Below are positions 50,206 to 59,650 of a stretch of DNA of 64,000 nt, piece after piece; the first letter of the stretch is position 1, and every line of letters begins with the position of its first letter. The translations under genes and the position numbers were made by a program. This DNA comes from a virus, in IMG/VR virus record IMGVR_UViG_3300045988_056849. One strand, written 5' to 3'. The notes beneath the pieces are model-generated. The model saw only the letters and a list, made by a program, of their open reading frames with translations. It was not told the origin of the DNA and ran no database searches.

Positions 50206-50964
50206 ATGTCTGAAACAAATGAAACTCCGAAACGTAAACGGAGAACAAAAGAAGAGATTGAAGCTGCTAAGGCAGCAGGCACTTACAAGCCGAGAACAAG
50301 AAAGAAAGTTGAGGAAGCTCCGAAAGAGGAAACAGCGAAAGCTCCTGAGGAGTTCCAAGCAAAACCTACGAAACTGCCTGCTGAACAATCCGTTCTGATT
50401 ATGGCTTGCCTTCAGCCTGAGGTTTCAAAGAGAGCTATTGAAGCGGCAAAGGAGAAAGGCGTTGAGGTTGTAATTCTTGAAGACCGAGTAATTCACGACT
50501 ACTTGAGCGTGCGTGATAAGGATAACAAAGAAGCAAGAAGTTTGGGAGACTTCCTGAATGATACTTCCAATCGTTTGCATGCTGAAGACCAATGCGTGAA
50601 GTTATGGATGATACTTACGAAGGGTCAACCGATTGAGAACGCAGAGCAACGTGTATTCACGAGAACGGAGGTTGTTAAGTCAACTAATCTATCTCACGGA
50701 AAAGCTGACCAAGTCTTTCAGTTACTCCGAGCCTTCGGAATGTTACGTTTCACGAAAGGAACGCACGAGTTTGTTCTCAACTTCAGCAAGAAGAAATGTC
50801 ACGATACTATCAAAACAGAAGTTCTTGCGATGTGCAAAGCGTTGAGCAACGACATTCTCCGTTACAAGGCATCAATTGAAGCCGATACTGAATTGACGAA
50901 AGAGCAAAAAGATGAAATGTATAAAGAGTTACAAAGAGCCGTTGACGAGACAATCGAGTATTAA
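50206..50964 (+). CDS. Protein with basic K/A/E-rich N-terminus (252 aa), directly upstream of the large terminase (small-terminase candidate by position only)
   Basis: 'KRKRRTKEEIEAAKAAGTYKPRTRKK'. Followed by a strong hairpin and then terL. Confidence 0.35.
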   Translation: MSETNETPKRKRRTKEEIEAAKAAGTYKPRTRKKVEEAPKEETAKAPEEFQAKPTKLPAEQSVLIMACLQPEVSKRAIEAAKEKGVEVVILEDRVIHDYLSVRDKDNKEARSLGDFLNDTSNRLHAEDQCVKLWMILTKGQPIENAEQRVFTRTEVVKSTNLSHGKADQVFQLLRAFGMLRFTKGTHEFVLNFSKKKCHDTIKTEVLAMCKALSNDILRYKASIEADTELTKEQKDEMYKELQRAVDETIEY

Positions 50965-50992
50965 GCGGAAACAACCATAAAAAGAGTTTGAG

Positions 50993-51023
50993 AGCTAACA
51001 GGGTACAATCCTTGTTAGCTTTT
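50993..51023 (+). terminator. Hairpin / terminator
   Basis: An 11-bp stem agctaacaggg (50993-51003) pairs with ccttgttagct (51010-51020, one G-U), followed by tttg. Confidence 0.6.
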
Positions 51024-51043
51024 GTCGTATAAAGAGGATTGAT

Positions 51044-52762
51044 ATGATAGCAACAGTACCAGACATAATTGCGAAAGCTCCTGTGACCTTGTTACAGTCT
51101 CCAATGCATCAATTGGAATGTCTCAATATAGTAGATGAGATAATTGACGGCATGGACGACAAGGGAATATTGGAGCTCATGCAAGGTTCAGGAGGAGACT
51201 TGGATTGGGTATTAGATAACTTGATGAAAGATACTTATCAGGTTATGTACACGGGTGACCCAAACATTGACTTCGCTCCGAAATATACAGATAGACTTTC
51301 ACAGTCTATCGAAGAAACATTGCGGACACGCAACCTTACTTACTTTATTACTTCGGTAATGCCCGACTTTCAATTGTCTTGGCATCATTTGGAATGGGGA
51401 GACTTGGTACACCGATACAATAAATTATGTATCAACGCTGCCCGTGACCATGGTAAGTCGTATTATTTCTCAAATGCCTATTGTGCTTGGAAGCTCTATT
51501 CCTACGCAAAGCCTAAATCAAGTGTATTCTCTGCCCGACCTACGAAGAGCAATTCCAATCGTGGGTATTTGTTTAGCTTCTCACTCCAGCAGTCCGTTGA
51601 CCTTATGGAGATTTTGAAAGGAACGATTGAGAGCAACGACATTCTCAAAGACAGATTGTATCCTGATTCAAGAAATAGCGGAGCGTGGGCGAGTACGAAC
51701 ATAGTATGTAGGAACGGAGCGAGGTTGACGTGTAAGGGATTTGGGTCATCAGTACGTGGTGCTCACCCATACTGGATAGTAGTAGATGATGGACTGAAAG
51801 ATAACGTCATATACAGTGCCCTACAAAGGCAGAAAAGTATAGACTATTTCCACGCTGTTATTATGAACATGCTCGTGCCAGGAGGACAAATCATTGTCGT
51901 TGGTACTCCGTTCCACGCTTCGGATTTATACGGAGACTTGAGAAGCAAGAGCATATTTGCTACACATAATAAGAAGGGTTGGTTTGTAATTGAATATCCT
52001 GCTATCTTCCCTGACGGACGTATATTGTGGCCACAGCGTTGGAGCTTCTTCGATTTGATGGACAAGAAAGCAACGCAAGGTAACATCATCTTCAGTCGTG
52101 AGAACTTATGCCGACCTATTACCAATGAGGCTTCTATATTCCCATTGAAAGTTTTGGAACGCTCTTTGGTACGTATGGAGAACTACACGTTGGTACGCAA
52201 TCGGGATGACTTCCCAATCAAGTTTAACAAAGTTGTTACAGGCTGTGACTTCGCAATATCTGCTAACGTAGGAAGCGACTACACCGTGTTCACGACTTGG
52301 GGAGTAGATGACGAAACAGGAGAGCGTTGGTTGCTAAACTTTTACCGAGATAAGGGCAAGACCTTCCACGAACAGATGCAAATATTGAAGGGAATCAACG
52401 CAAGATTCAGACCTGATAGCATGGTGATGGAGCAAAACACATTCCAACAGATATTCGTTCAGGAAAGCGATAAACAGGGGTTGCCAGTTATAGGACATAC
52501 CACTGGAATAGATAAGTACGACTTGAAAACAGGCTGGCCAGGATTGGCTATTGATTTTGAGAGAGGTAAGATACATATACCAACTGGAGATAAGTATTCA
52601 CAAGATGTAAAAGATTTGATTTTCTCTGACCTTGGTTCGGTAGCCTTTACGGATAAAGGACTTGAGTCAGTAGGAGAACATGACGACATCTCATCCAGCT
52701 TCTGGCTTGCTAAGTTAGGTGCTAATCTTATCACGACTGGTTTCAAATATACTTTCCTTTAA
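51044..52762 (+). CDS. terL: Terminase large subunit
   Basis: 'AARDHGKSYYFS' (Walker A-like), 'YWIVVDDGL' (Walker B), 'VVGTPFH'. C-terminal RNase H-like nuclease 'VTGCDFAIS...DYTVFTTWG'. Confidence 0.75.
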   Translation: MIATVPDIIAKAPVTLLQSPMHQLECLNIVDEIIDGMDDKGILELMQGSGGDLDWVLDNLMKDTYQVMYTGDPNIDFAPKYTDRLSQSIEETLRTRNLTYFITSVMPDFQLSWHHLEWGDLVHRYNKLCINAARDHGKSYYFSNAYCAWKLYSYAKPKSSVFSARPTKSNSNRGYLFSFSLQQSVDLMEILKGTIESNDILKDRLYPDSRNSGAWASTNIVCRNGARLTCKGFGSSVRGAHPYWIVVDDGLKDNVIYSALQRQKSIDYFHAVIMNMLVPGGQIIVVGTPFHASDLYGDLRSKSIFATHNKKGWFVIEYPAIFPDGRILWPQRWSFFDLMDKKATQGNIIFSRENLCRPITNEASIFPLKVLERSLVRMENYTLVRNRDDFPIKFNKVVTGCDFAISANVGSDYTVFTTWGVDDETGERWLLNFYRDKGKTFHEQMQILKGINARFRPDSMVMEQNTFQQIFVQESDKQGLPVIGHTTGIDKYDLKTGWPGLAIDFERGKIHIPTGDKYSQDVKDLIFSDLGSVAFTDKGLESVGEHDDISSSFWLAKLGANLITTGFKYTFL

Positions 52763-52807
52763 TCAGCGTTTTATAAGGAGAAACTGTTCAATTTAATAAC
52801 AATAAAT

Positions 52808-53257
52808 ATGAAACAAAGAAAAGTAAACATTATCATCAAAGGCTACGGCAAAAAGCCTTTGTATGCGACTTCACATTCAGCAGGAGCTGACTTATATTCA
52901 GCCAACGCTTCGGATATTGTTCTTCAGCCGATGGAACGCAAAATCATTCCCACGGGTTTGTTTTTGGAACTTCCTATTGACGCTGAAGCTCAAATAAGAC
53001 CGAGAAGCGGATTGAGCGCAAAGAAAGGAATTGTAGCAATTCTTGGAACCATTGATGCCGATTATCAAGGAGAAGTTGGTATCATAGTAATTAATCTAAG
53101 CGATGAAGCGTTTGTAATCGAAAGAGGAGAACGACTTGCTCAGATGGTTCTGAATGGAGAAGGAGGATTGTTCCAAGGAGACTGGGTTGAGGTTGAAGAG
53201 TTTTCCAGAGAGAGCGAACGAGGAGCAGGTGGATTTGGACATACAGGTACAAAGTAA
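52808..53257 (+). CDS. dut: Trimeric dUTPase
   Basis: 'SAGADLYS', 'IRPRSGL', 'GTIDADYQGEV', C-terminal 'RGAGGFGHTG'. Confidence 0.9.
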   Translation: MKQRKVNIIIKGYGKKPLYATSHSAGADLYSANASDIVLQPMERKIIPTGLFLELPIDAEAQIRPRSGLSAKKGIVAILGTIDADYQGEVGIIVINLSDEAFVIERGERLAQMVLNGEGGLFQGDWVEVEEFSRESERGAGGFGHTGTK

Positions 53258-53499
53258 TGAACCAGTTCAGACAGTTCACTAACGGCAAAGGTTTGTTTAT
53301 CGGGGTTGACTTTGGCTTTGGTAACGACTTTGCCGTTGAAACTCAAATACAGAAGCAGCCTGACGGGAGCTTGAAAATACTTTCGAGCAATATCATTGGA
53401 CGTGCCAAAGATTACAAGAACGAAGAAAAGAGAGAACAAATTTGTAAGGAATATGAGAGATTATGCAATCAAGAAACCGTTGAGCAAAAATCAACTTGA
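53257..53499 (+). CDS. Hypothetical protein (80 aa)
   Basis: ATG overlapping the dut stop. No motif. Confidence 0.35.
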   Translation: MNQFRQFTNGKGLFIGVDFGFGNDFAVETQIQKQPDGSLKILSSNIIGRAKDYKNEEKREQICKEYERLCNQETVEQKST

Positions 53500-54016
53500 C
53501 GATTTGACTAATGGGCTTGTTAATGCTATGCGTTATTCCGACCCAAATGTTGAATACCCAAGTTACGATAAGGCGAAACAAGATGATGGGGTAATGGCTG
53601 AATGGTTTTATCCCATTTTCAATGGTACCAATGACTTCTCCGAGCTTACAGCCATTCATATGTACACTACTCAGGAAGCTACGTTTGAGAACGTAGGTGA
53701 GCTGCTATTGGGCATTGCTTTGACTGAGATGAAACACTACGATAAGCTGTCAGACTTTATCCGAAAGATAGGAGGAAAGATTGACCAGAGATATAACAAC
53801 TCAGGCGTTACCGTAGGAAAGACCGCAGAAGAAGCGATTGAAATAGCAATCGGTGCGGAGGAGAAAACAATTGACTTCTATGAGAACTTGCAAAAGAAGC
53901 TCTTGAAGTTACAAGAAACGGAGACAATCAAGATAGCTCTTCAACTGCTTGCTAAATTAGTAGCGGATGAGGTAGTTCATCTGAAACTATTAAAAGAACA
54001 ATTAAAGAATGATTAA
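53453..54016 (+). CDS. Ferritin-like di-metal protein (Mn-catalase/CotJC/rubrerythrin-like)
   Basis: 'SELTAIHMYTTQ', 'ALTEMKHY' (E-x-x-H), 'AIGAEEKTIDFY', 'VADEVVHL' (E-x-x-H). Start is uncertain (53453 or 53528). Confidence 0.5.
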   Translation: MRDYAIKKPLSKNQLDDLTNGLVNAMRYSDPNVEYPSYDKAKQDDGVMAEWFYPIFNGTNDFSELTAIHMYTTQEATFENVGELLLGIALTEMKHYDKLSDFIRKIGGKIDQRYNNSGVTVGKTAEEAIEIAIGAEEKTIDFYENLQKKLLKLQETETIKIALQLLAKLVADEVVHLKLLKEQLKND

Positions 54017-55946
54017 CAAAATGAAATGTAACGGTATTGATTTGTTAGCAGACTATGTGTTCTTGTCTAAATACTCTCAAAGACGAGAGGATGGACGACT
54101 TGAACACTGGGATGAAACTATTGACCGTATCTACGAGATGCACAAGGTCAAGTTGAAACAGTTAGGTCTGCTTGGTGAAGAAACGGTTGCTATGATAGAA
54201 GAAGCAATGCGTTTGGAAGTTGATAAGAAAATCTTGTCTTCCCAGCGTGGGCGTCAGTTCGCTTCTCCTTCGGTAACGAGTGGAATATTGAAGCATGAAG
54301 CCAAGTTATACAATTGCTGTTCTACCTACGTTGACCGTGTAGAAGTATTCAGCGAAATCATGTATTTGCTTCTTTGTGGTTGCGGCGTTGGTTATTCCTT
54401 ACATAAGGAGTACATTGACAAGCTACCAATAGTCAAGCCGTATAACGGAGACCAAAGACCTCAATTTTTTGTTGAAGATAGTATCGAAGGATGGGCTGAT
54501 TCAATCCGAGAGCTTATGACGGCTCTATTTGAAGGCAAGTCCGCTGATATAGTCTTTGACGCTATCCGACCAGAAGGAGCGTTGATTGACGGTAAGTTCC
54601 TTGCACCTGGCCCAGAGCCGTTAATAAAAGCCCATAATCATATCAAAGAAGTCATGAAAGTCGCTCAAGGCAGAAAGCTCACGAGTATCGAAGTTCATGA
54701 CATTATTTGTTATATAGCCGACAGTGTTGTGAGCGGAGGGGTGAGACGTTCTGCTATGATAGCCTTGTTCGACAAAGACGATGAGTTGATGCTCCGAGCT
54801 AAGACAGGAAGCTGGTGGACGGACAATCCTCAAAGAGCTATGGCAAATAATAGTATTCTTGCTACTCTATCTGACCCACTGGGTTACGAGGAAATGAAAG
54901 ACAAGTTACAAGTTATCCGTCAGTTTGGAGAGCCAGGTTTTGTAAACGTAAAGAGTTTCAAATATACAGTCAACCCTTGCGGTGAGATTGTAATGGAGCC
55001 TGCTATCAACGGCAAGTCTGGATTTGCGTTCTGCAATCTTGTAGAGATAAATGCCGAGCGAGTTAAAACCAAAGAGGAGTTCTTGGAAGCGTGTCGTGTA
55101 GCTTCGTTCGTAGCAACCGTTCAGGCTCTTTATACTGACTTCAAATATCTGTCTCCTGCTTCACGGGAAATAGCCGAGCGTGATAGAGCTATCGGAGTGA
55201 GCATAACAGGCATATATGCCAATCCTATCCTTCGGGGTGAGGTATTAAGAGAAGGTGCGAAGGTAGTTTCAGAAACCAATGCGGAATGGGCAGCAATATT
55301 CGGTATAAATAAGAGCCGTACTTGTACGACAATTAAACCGAGCGGCAATGCTTCTTCTATTCTTGGTTTGTATTGTAGTGGCATTCATCCAGCTCATGCT
55401 GAAAAATATCTGCGTAGAGTTCGCATCAAAACTTATAGCCCAGAGTTCCTTGCTTTGAAAGATACTCCGTTGGTAAAAGTTCTACGAGGGGATGAGGCTG
55501 TGATAAGTTTCCCAATTGAGTCTGATGACCCGAATATGATATTCAAAGACGAGGTATCATCCGTTGAGCATCTCAAGTTTATCGGTATGGTAAAACATTA
55601 TTGGATAAACAAAGGAAGCGTTAATACCAAAGCCGTTGCTAACAATATATCCGCAACCGTTGAGGTGAAAGATGATGAGTGGGACGAAGTAGCAGCTGTT
55701 CTGTTTACCAACGATTATCTATTCACTGGCGTGAGCTTGTTACCGAAGATGGGCGACCAAATTTATGACAACGCTCCATTCCAACGTTTATCTTCCTCAG
55801 AAGTCGAAAGTGAGTACAATGCTATCAAAGAGTATCTTGATACCCACGAAGTAGATTTCAACGAGATAATGAGCGACCGTGAGAACTTCTATTCAGGCGA
55901 CATGGTAGCCGTAGGATGTTCGGGAGGAGCCTGTGAATTGAAATAG
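54009..55946 (+). CDS. nrdJ: Adenosylcobalamin-dependent (class II) ribonucleotide reductase, monomeric RTPR-like
   Basis: 'TVNPCGEIVM' and 'FCNLVEIN' active-site blocks. The C-terminal 'GCSGGACELK' resembles the 'CEGGACPIK' redox tail of Lactobacillus leichmannii RTPR. Confidence 0.7.
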   Translation: MINKMKCNGIDLLADYVFLSKYSQRREDGRLEHWDETIDRIYEMHKVKLKQLGLLGEETVAMIEEAMRLEVDKKILSSQRGRQFASPSVTSGILKHEAKLYNCCSTYVDRVEVFSEIMYLLLCGCGVGYSLHKEYIDKLPIVKPYNGDQRPQFFVEDSIEGWADSIRELMTALFEGKSADIVFDAIRPEGALIDGKFLAPGPEPLIKAHNHIKEVMKVAQGRKLTSIEVHDIICYIADSVVSGGVRRSAMIALFDKDDELMLRAKTGSWWTDNPQRAMANNSILATLSDPLGYEEMKDKLQVIRQFGEPGFVNVKSFKYTVNPCGEIVMEPAINGKSGFAFCNLVEINAERVKTKEEFLEACRVASFVATVQALYTDFKYLSPASREIAERDRAIGVSITGIYANPILRGEVLREGAKVVSETNAEWAAIFGINKSRTCTTIKPSGNASSILGLYCSGIHPAHAEKYLRRVRIKTYSPEFLALKDTPLVKVLRGDEAVISFPIESDDPNMIFKDEVSSVEHLKFIGMVKHYWINKGSVNTKAVANNISATVEVKDDEWDEVAAVLFTNDYLFTGVSLLPKMGDQIYDNAPFQRLSSSEVESEYNAIKEYLDTHEVDFNEIMSDRENFYSGDMVAVGCSGGACELK

Positions 55947-55948
55947 AT

Positions 55949-56245
55949 ATGAAGATTGAAAGTTTTATATTAAGTATTCTCAAGAAGATTGAAGAGTCAT
56001 GGCCAGGAGTTATTTGCTATGCTTATAAAACTGGTAACGCTCCGATGACCTACGTTTGGTGGGAAGTCTCCGTTTCAGATTTTGATTTGTATATGCACGA
56101 TAAGCGTTTCAAAACTCTTACCAACGCTTGGCATAAAGCAGCGAAAGCTCAAGGGCATAAGATAATCTTTGTTTGTGGTTGGAAGCCTACGGAGGAGAAA
56201 CTTGTCAAACTGATGGAAGAGGATAATTTGATATTGAACGTGTAA
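55949..56245 (+). CDS. Hypothetical protein (98 aa)
   Basis: ATG 2 nt after the RNR stop. Confidence 0.45.
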   Translation: MKIESFILSILKKIEESWPGVICYAYKTGNAPMTYVWWEVSVSDFDLYMHDKRFKTLTNAWHKAAKAQGHKIIFVCGWKPTEEKLVKLMEEDNLILNV

Positions 56246-56275
56246 TTTAATTGTCTCATTTAAGTATGATTTGAG

Positions 56276-56309
56276 AGGAGCTACTTGTGAAAGTCGCTCC
56301 TTTCTTTTT
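56276..56309 (+). terminator. Rho-independent terminator
   Basis: aggagc (56276-56281) pairs with gctcct (56296-56301), followed by ttcttttt. Confidence 0.65.
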
Positions 56310-56316
56310 AACAAAA

Positions 56317-56370
56317 GTTAAATTTAGCAAAGTTTCTTATAAAAAGTTTTGCGGTTATAAAATAACTTCG
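56317..56370 (+). promoter_or_regulatory. Class I promoter copy 4 (variant with 8-bp deletion): GTTAAAT box, TTTG (56348-56351), -7 TAACTTCG (56363-56370)
   Basis: Shares aaaagttaaat, gttttgcgg and cttcgtaccagata with the other copies. The -33/-7 spacing is 11 nt rather than 19. Confidence 0.45.
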
Positions 56371-56396
56371 TACCAGATAATCAATATAACAAAGTC

Positions 56397-57878
56397 ATGG
56401 GAGCATTTATACCAAGTAAATATCAAAGAGCCGTTTACATCTATATTGAGAAGGGTAAAGGCAATGCGGTTATAGACGCAGTAGCAGGTTCAGGAAAATC
56501 TACAACGATTGTGAATGCGTTGAAACTTATTCCGAAGAACAAGCGAGTATTGTTTTTGGCGTTCAACAAGGCAATCGTAGAGGAACTGAAAATCAAAGTA
56601 GGTAATCTCAACAATGTAGATATTAAAACGCTACATAGTTTGGGAGCTTCGGCAACTATGCGAGCTTTGAACTCTCAGCTTCAGGTTGATAAATATACGG
56701 CTTGGGTTAATAATGGTATCAAATACTCTTCCCTTTCTCCGAAGTCAGACTTGTTACCTGAACAGATGTCAACTTGGAAAGGCAATATCTTGAAGCTCAT
56801 TGACCTTGGTAGAGTAAACTTGGTTAAGTCCGAGAAGGAATTGGAAGAGCTTGCTTGGAAACATAATATTGATTTGGAAGATAACGAGGTTGATATTGCT
56901 ATTAAGGGTATCAATTGGGGCGAAAGGGAAACGCAAGTCATAGACTTCACAGACATGATATACTTCCCGAACGTCAAACAGATAAAGATGTTCCAATACG
57001 ATTGGGTATTCATAGACGAGTGTCAGGACTTGAACGCTGCCCAAAGAAACTTGTTCTTGAAATGCTTGAAACCTAATGGTAGATTTGTAGCTGTTGGAGA
57101 CCCACGTCAGGCAATCTATGGTTTTGCTGGAGCGGACGTTGAAAGTTTCAACCTTTTGAAGAGACTTCCGCACACCGTGAAACTTCCTTTATCCGTATGT
57201 TACCGTTGCGATGGAGATATAATCGGAATGGCCAAAGAGATAGTGCCTCAGATAGAAGCAAGAGCAGGTGCGCCAGCAGGTGTAGTTAGTCGGGAGAGCG
57301 TTATGGCGGATGTTAAGGATGGTGATATGATACTTTGTAGGGTTTCAGCTCCGTTGGTTAAATTGTGTATGCAATATATCGGGAGAGGGGTGAAAGCGTA
57401 TGTGAAAGGAAGGGATATTGGAACCAATCTTATTAACATGATAAAGAAAACCAATCGCAAGCAGATTAAGGACGTAATGGAGAGACTTGAAAGGGAATTA
57501 TCACGGATAATCGGAAAGGTGGTAGCAAAGCAGGGATGCACCGAAGCTGAAGCGAAGGAACATGAAATGTATAAGAACTACGAGGACAAGTTGAGAGCAA
57601 TCGAAGTTCTTTCAGAAGGGTTGGCAACTTCCCAAGAAGTGATTGACCGCATAGACATGATTTTCTCCGATGATAACAAGAACGGTATTTGTTTGAGTAC
57701 GATACACAAGTCAAAAGGTTTAGAGAGCGACCGAGTATTCATCATATGTGAAGATAAGCTCTATTTGAAATATTGTATGACCGTTCCGTGGATGGCGGAA
57801 CAAGAACGCAACCTTGTCTATGTTGCGATAACAAGAGCCAAGCACTTTTTAGGATATATTCAAGACTTTGTAGCATAA
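56397..57878 (+). CDS. UvrD/PcrA-like SF1 DNA helicase, paralogue 2
   Basis: 'AVAGSGKSTTIV', 'VFIDECQDL', 'VAVGDPRQAIYGFAGA', 'LSTIHKSKGLE', 'YVAITRAKHFL'. Block-for-block collinear with 33204-34691. Confidence 0.75.
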   Translation: MGAFIPSKYQRAVYIYIEKGKGNAVIDAVAGSGKSTTIVNALKLIPKNKRVLFLAFNKAIVEELKIKVGNLNNVDIKTLHSLGASATMRALNSQLQVDKYTAWVNNGIKYSSLSPKSDLLPEQMSTWKGNILKLIDLGRVNLVKSEKELEELAWKHNIDLEDNEVDIAIKGINWGERETQVIDFTDMIYFPNVKQIKMFQYDWVFIDECQDLNAAQRNLFLKCLKPNGRFVAVGDPRQAIYGFAGADVESFNLLKRLPHTVKLPLSVCYRCDGDIIGMAKEIVPQIEARAGAPAGVVSRESVMADVKDGDMILCRVSAPLVKLCMQYIGRGVKAYVKGRDIGTNLINMIKKTNRKQIKDVMERLERELSRIIGKVVAKQGCTEAEAKEHEMYKNYEDKLRAIEVLSEGLATSQEVIDRIDMIFSDDNKNGICLSTIHKSKGLESDRVFIICEDKLYLKYCMTVPWMAEQERNLVYVAITRAKHFLGYIQDFVA

Positions 57879-57880
57879 AA

Positions 57881-57953
57881 GTTAAATATTGCCCAAAAAT
57901 AGAAAAAAGTTTGGAAATTATTTTTGCCGTTTGAAAAATACTCCGTACCTTCG
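57881..57953 (+). promoter_or_regulatory. Class I promoter copy 5: GTTAAAT box, -33 TTTG (57923-57926), 19-nt spacer, -7 TACCTTCG (57946-57953)
   Basis: Followed by a tandem ATTGTAAAT pair (57961-57969, 57974-57982), as in copy 1. Confidence 0.65.
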
Positions 57954-58004
57954 TAGTGTAATTGTAAATAAAGATTGTAAATCAAACAGTAAATTTCAAA
58001 GAAT

Positions 58005-58786
58005 ATGGAAGCAACAAATCAGAATTTAGACAGCGTATTAAAGAAGCTGAGAAAGTTACAAAACCTTTACGAAGGTGCAAAGAAAATCAACTCTGAAGGA
58101 GAAGCGAACGCAGCTGCTGCGGCTATACAAAGACTTCTTACCCAGTACAACTTGTCTATGGATGAGATTGGAACGGACGAGGAGAAAGCAAAAGATACTG
58201 TGTTTGAAGAGAAAGTGGACGGATTCACCTACAAGAGAGTATCGGAGGAGAATGGGAGTTCCGTTTGTTATACGTTCTTTGTAAATGGAATTTCTGCAAA
58301 TGTTTTCAAGTAGGAAGCACTTACAGAAGATTGATGATTTTCGGTAAGAAAGAAAACATTGAGACCGTTAAGTGGTTGCGTGGAATGCTTGCTGAACGTT
58401 TCGTAGCGTTCTCCAAAAATCGTTTCAAGGAGTACAAGAAAACCATGGAGTATGCTATGAAGCCTATCAGTATGGATAAGTATCAGAGAAGTTACTTGAT
58501 GGGCTGTGCAGCTGGGCTGGATGCTAAGCTGAAAGAGGAGAGTGACCGAGAAAAAGCAAAGAATGCCGAATATGGAGCAAAAGTTACAGCTTTGGTAGTT
58601 CGCAATGATACAGCCGTTACCGAGTATATTGAAAACAAGTACAAGGTTGGTAGAGGAAGAGCGAGAAAAGAGAATTTTGATTCAGCCAGAGCCTACGGAT
58701 ATAAGGATGGCAAGAACACGGAGCTTCACAAGCAAGTAAGTGCGGGAGCGAAGAGTCAAGCCGATGGAGTGAAATTGCTTAAATAA
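58005..58786 (+). pseudogene. DUF2786-like gene split into two overlapping frames (58005-58313 and 58208/58265-58786): frameshifted gene or sequencing error
   Basis: The N-terminal ORF has the DUF2786-like helix pair 'VLKKLRKLQNLYEGAKKINSEGEANAAAAAIQRLLTQYNL'. The -1 frame is open from 58208 and continues as 'GGEWEFRLLYVLCKWNFCKCFQ...LMIFGKKENIETVKWLRGML', the usual continuation of such proteins. No slippery heptamer is seen. Confidence 0.45.
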
Positions 58787-58809
58787 ACCATATGACTTTG
58801 ATTGTGATT

Positions 58810-58839
58810 ATGGGGGTTGTCCTTCGGGATGGCTCCCAT
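58810..58839 (+). other. Hairpin with apical C-UUCG-G tetraloop preceding class II motif copy c
   Basis: atggggg (58810-58816) pairs with ctcccat (58833-58839, one G-U). The inner stem tcc-ttcg-gga lies at 58820-58829. Confidence 0.55.
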
Positions 58840-58849
58840 AGTTATTTTA
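58833..58849 (+). promoter_or_regulatory. Class II motif copy c: CTCCCATAGTTATTTTA
   Basis: Overlaps the 3' arm of the hairpin. Upstream of HEG-D (ATG 58886). Confidence 0.4.
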
Positions 58850-58885
58850 CGCAAGTATTAAGTCTTATGAAATAGGTAGTTTAAT

Positions 58886-59650
58886 ATGTCGGGAATAATT
58901 TACAAATTCACTATAATGAGCAGTTTTAGATATTTCGGTCATAAGCCGTTCTATGTAGGACAATTTATGCGGGATGTTTCAAAAGAACAATTTTTGAGAA
59001 ATGATTGTTTTGTATACGATGGTAGCGGTAAGACTTGGGAAAGATTTTGTAAAGGACTCAAAAGAAAGTTTCCAACCTGCTGGCGTAAACTAATCAAACG
59101 AGAAGTCTTGTTTTATTCAGAGAATTGTTCGCAGAAGGCTCTTGATAGAATGGAAGAGTATTTCATCAAACATGAGAAGTCTCATTACTCATACGAGGTA
59201 GGCGGTTGCAACATACTATGGGGAACTGCTAACAAGTTCGGTTCTGGAAGTCCTATGAAAGACCCAATGATTGCGGCTAAAGTTACTAAGCAATTACGAG
59301 GAAGAAGAGGAGCAAAAAGGTCAGAAGAAGGTAAGCGAAACATGTCTATTGCTGCTAAAAGGTCATGGGAGAATGCAAATAAGCGCAGAAGGTTAATTTC
59401 AAAGTCTATGTCTTCATATATGCAGAACGGAGGAAAGGAACATTTGTCCAGAGTTAAGAAAGGAAGAAAGTTCAGCGATGAACATAGAAGGAACATTGCT
59501 TTGAATCATGCTGATATTAGCGGTAAAAATCATCCTTGTTACGGTAAGCATTTCAAATGGATAACAAATGGTTTAGTGGAACAAAGATTGGATGAAGGCA
59601 AATCAATTCCTGAAGGTTTTCAATACGGTAGAATTAAATACAAGAAGTAA
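58886..59650 (+). mobile_element. Free-standing GIY-YIG homing endonuclease gene (HEG-D), divergent
   Basis: 'SGIIYKFT...KPFYVGQF', 'NILWGTANKFGSGSPMKDP', 'GKNHPCYGKH'. Between the split DUF2786-like gene and the FEN gene. Confidence 0.7.
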
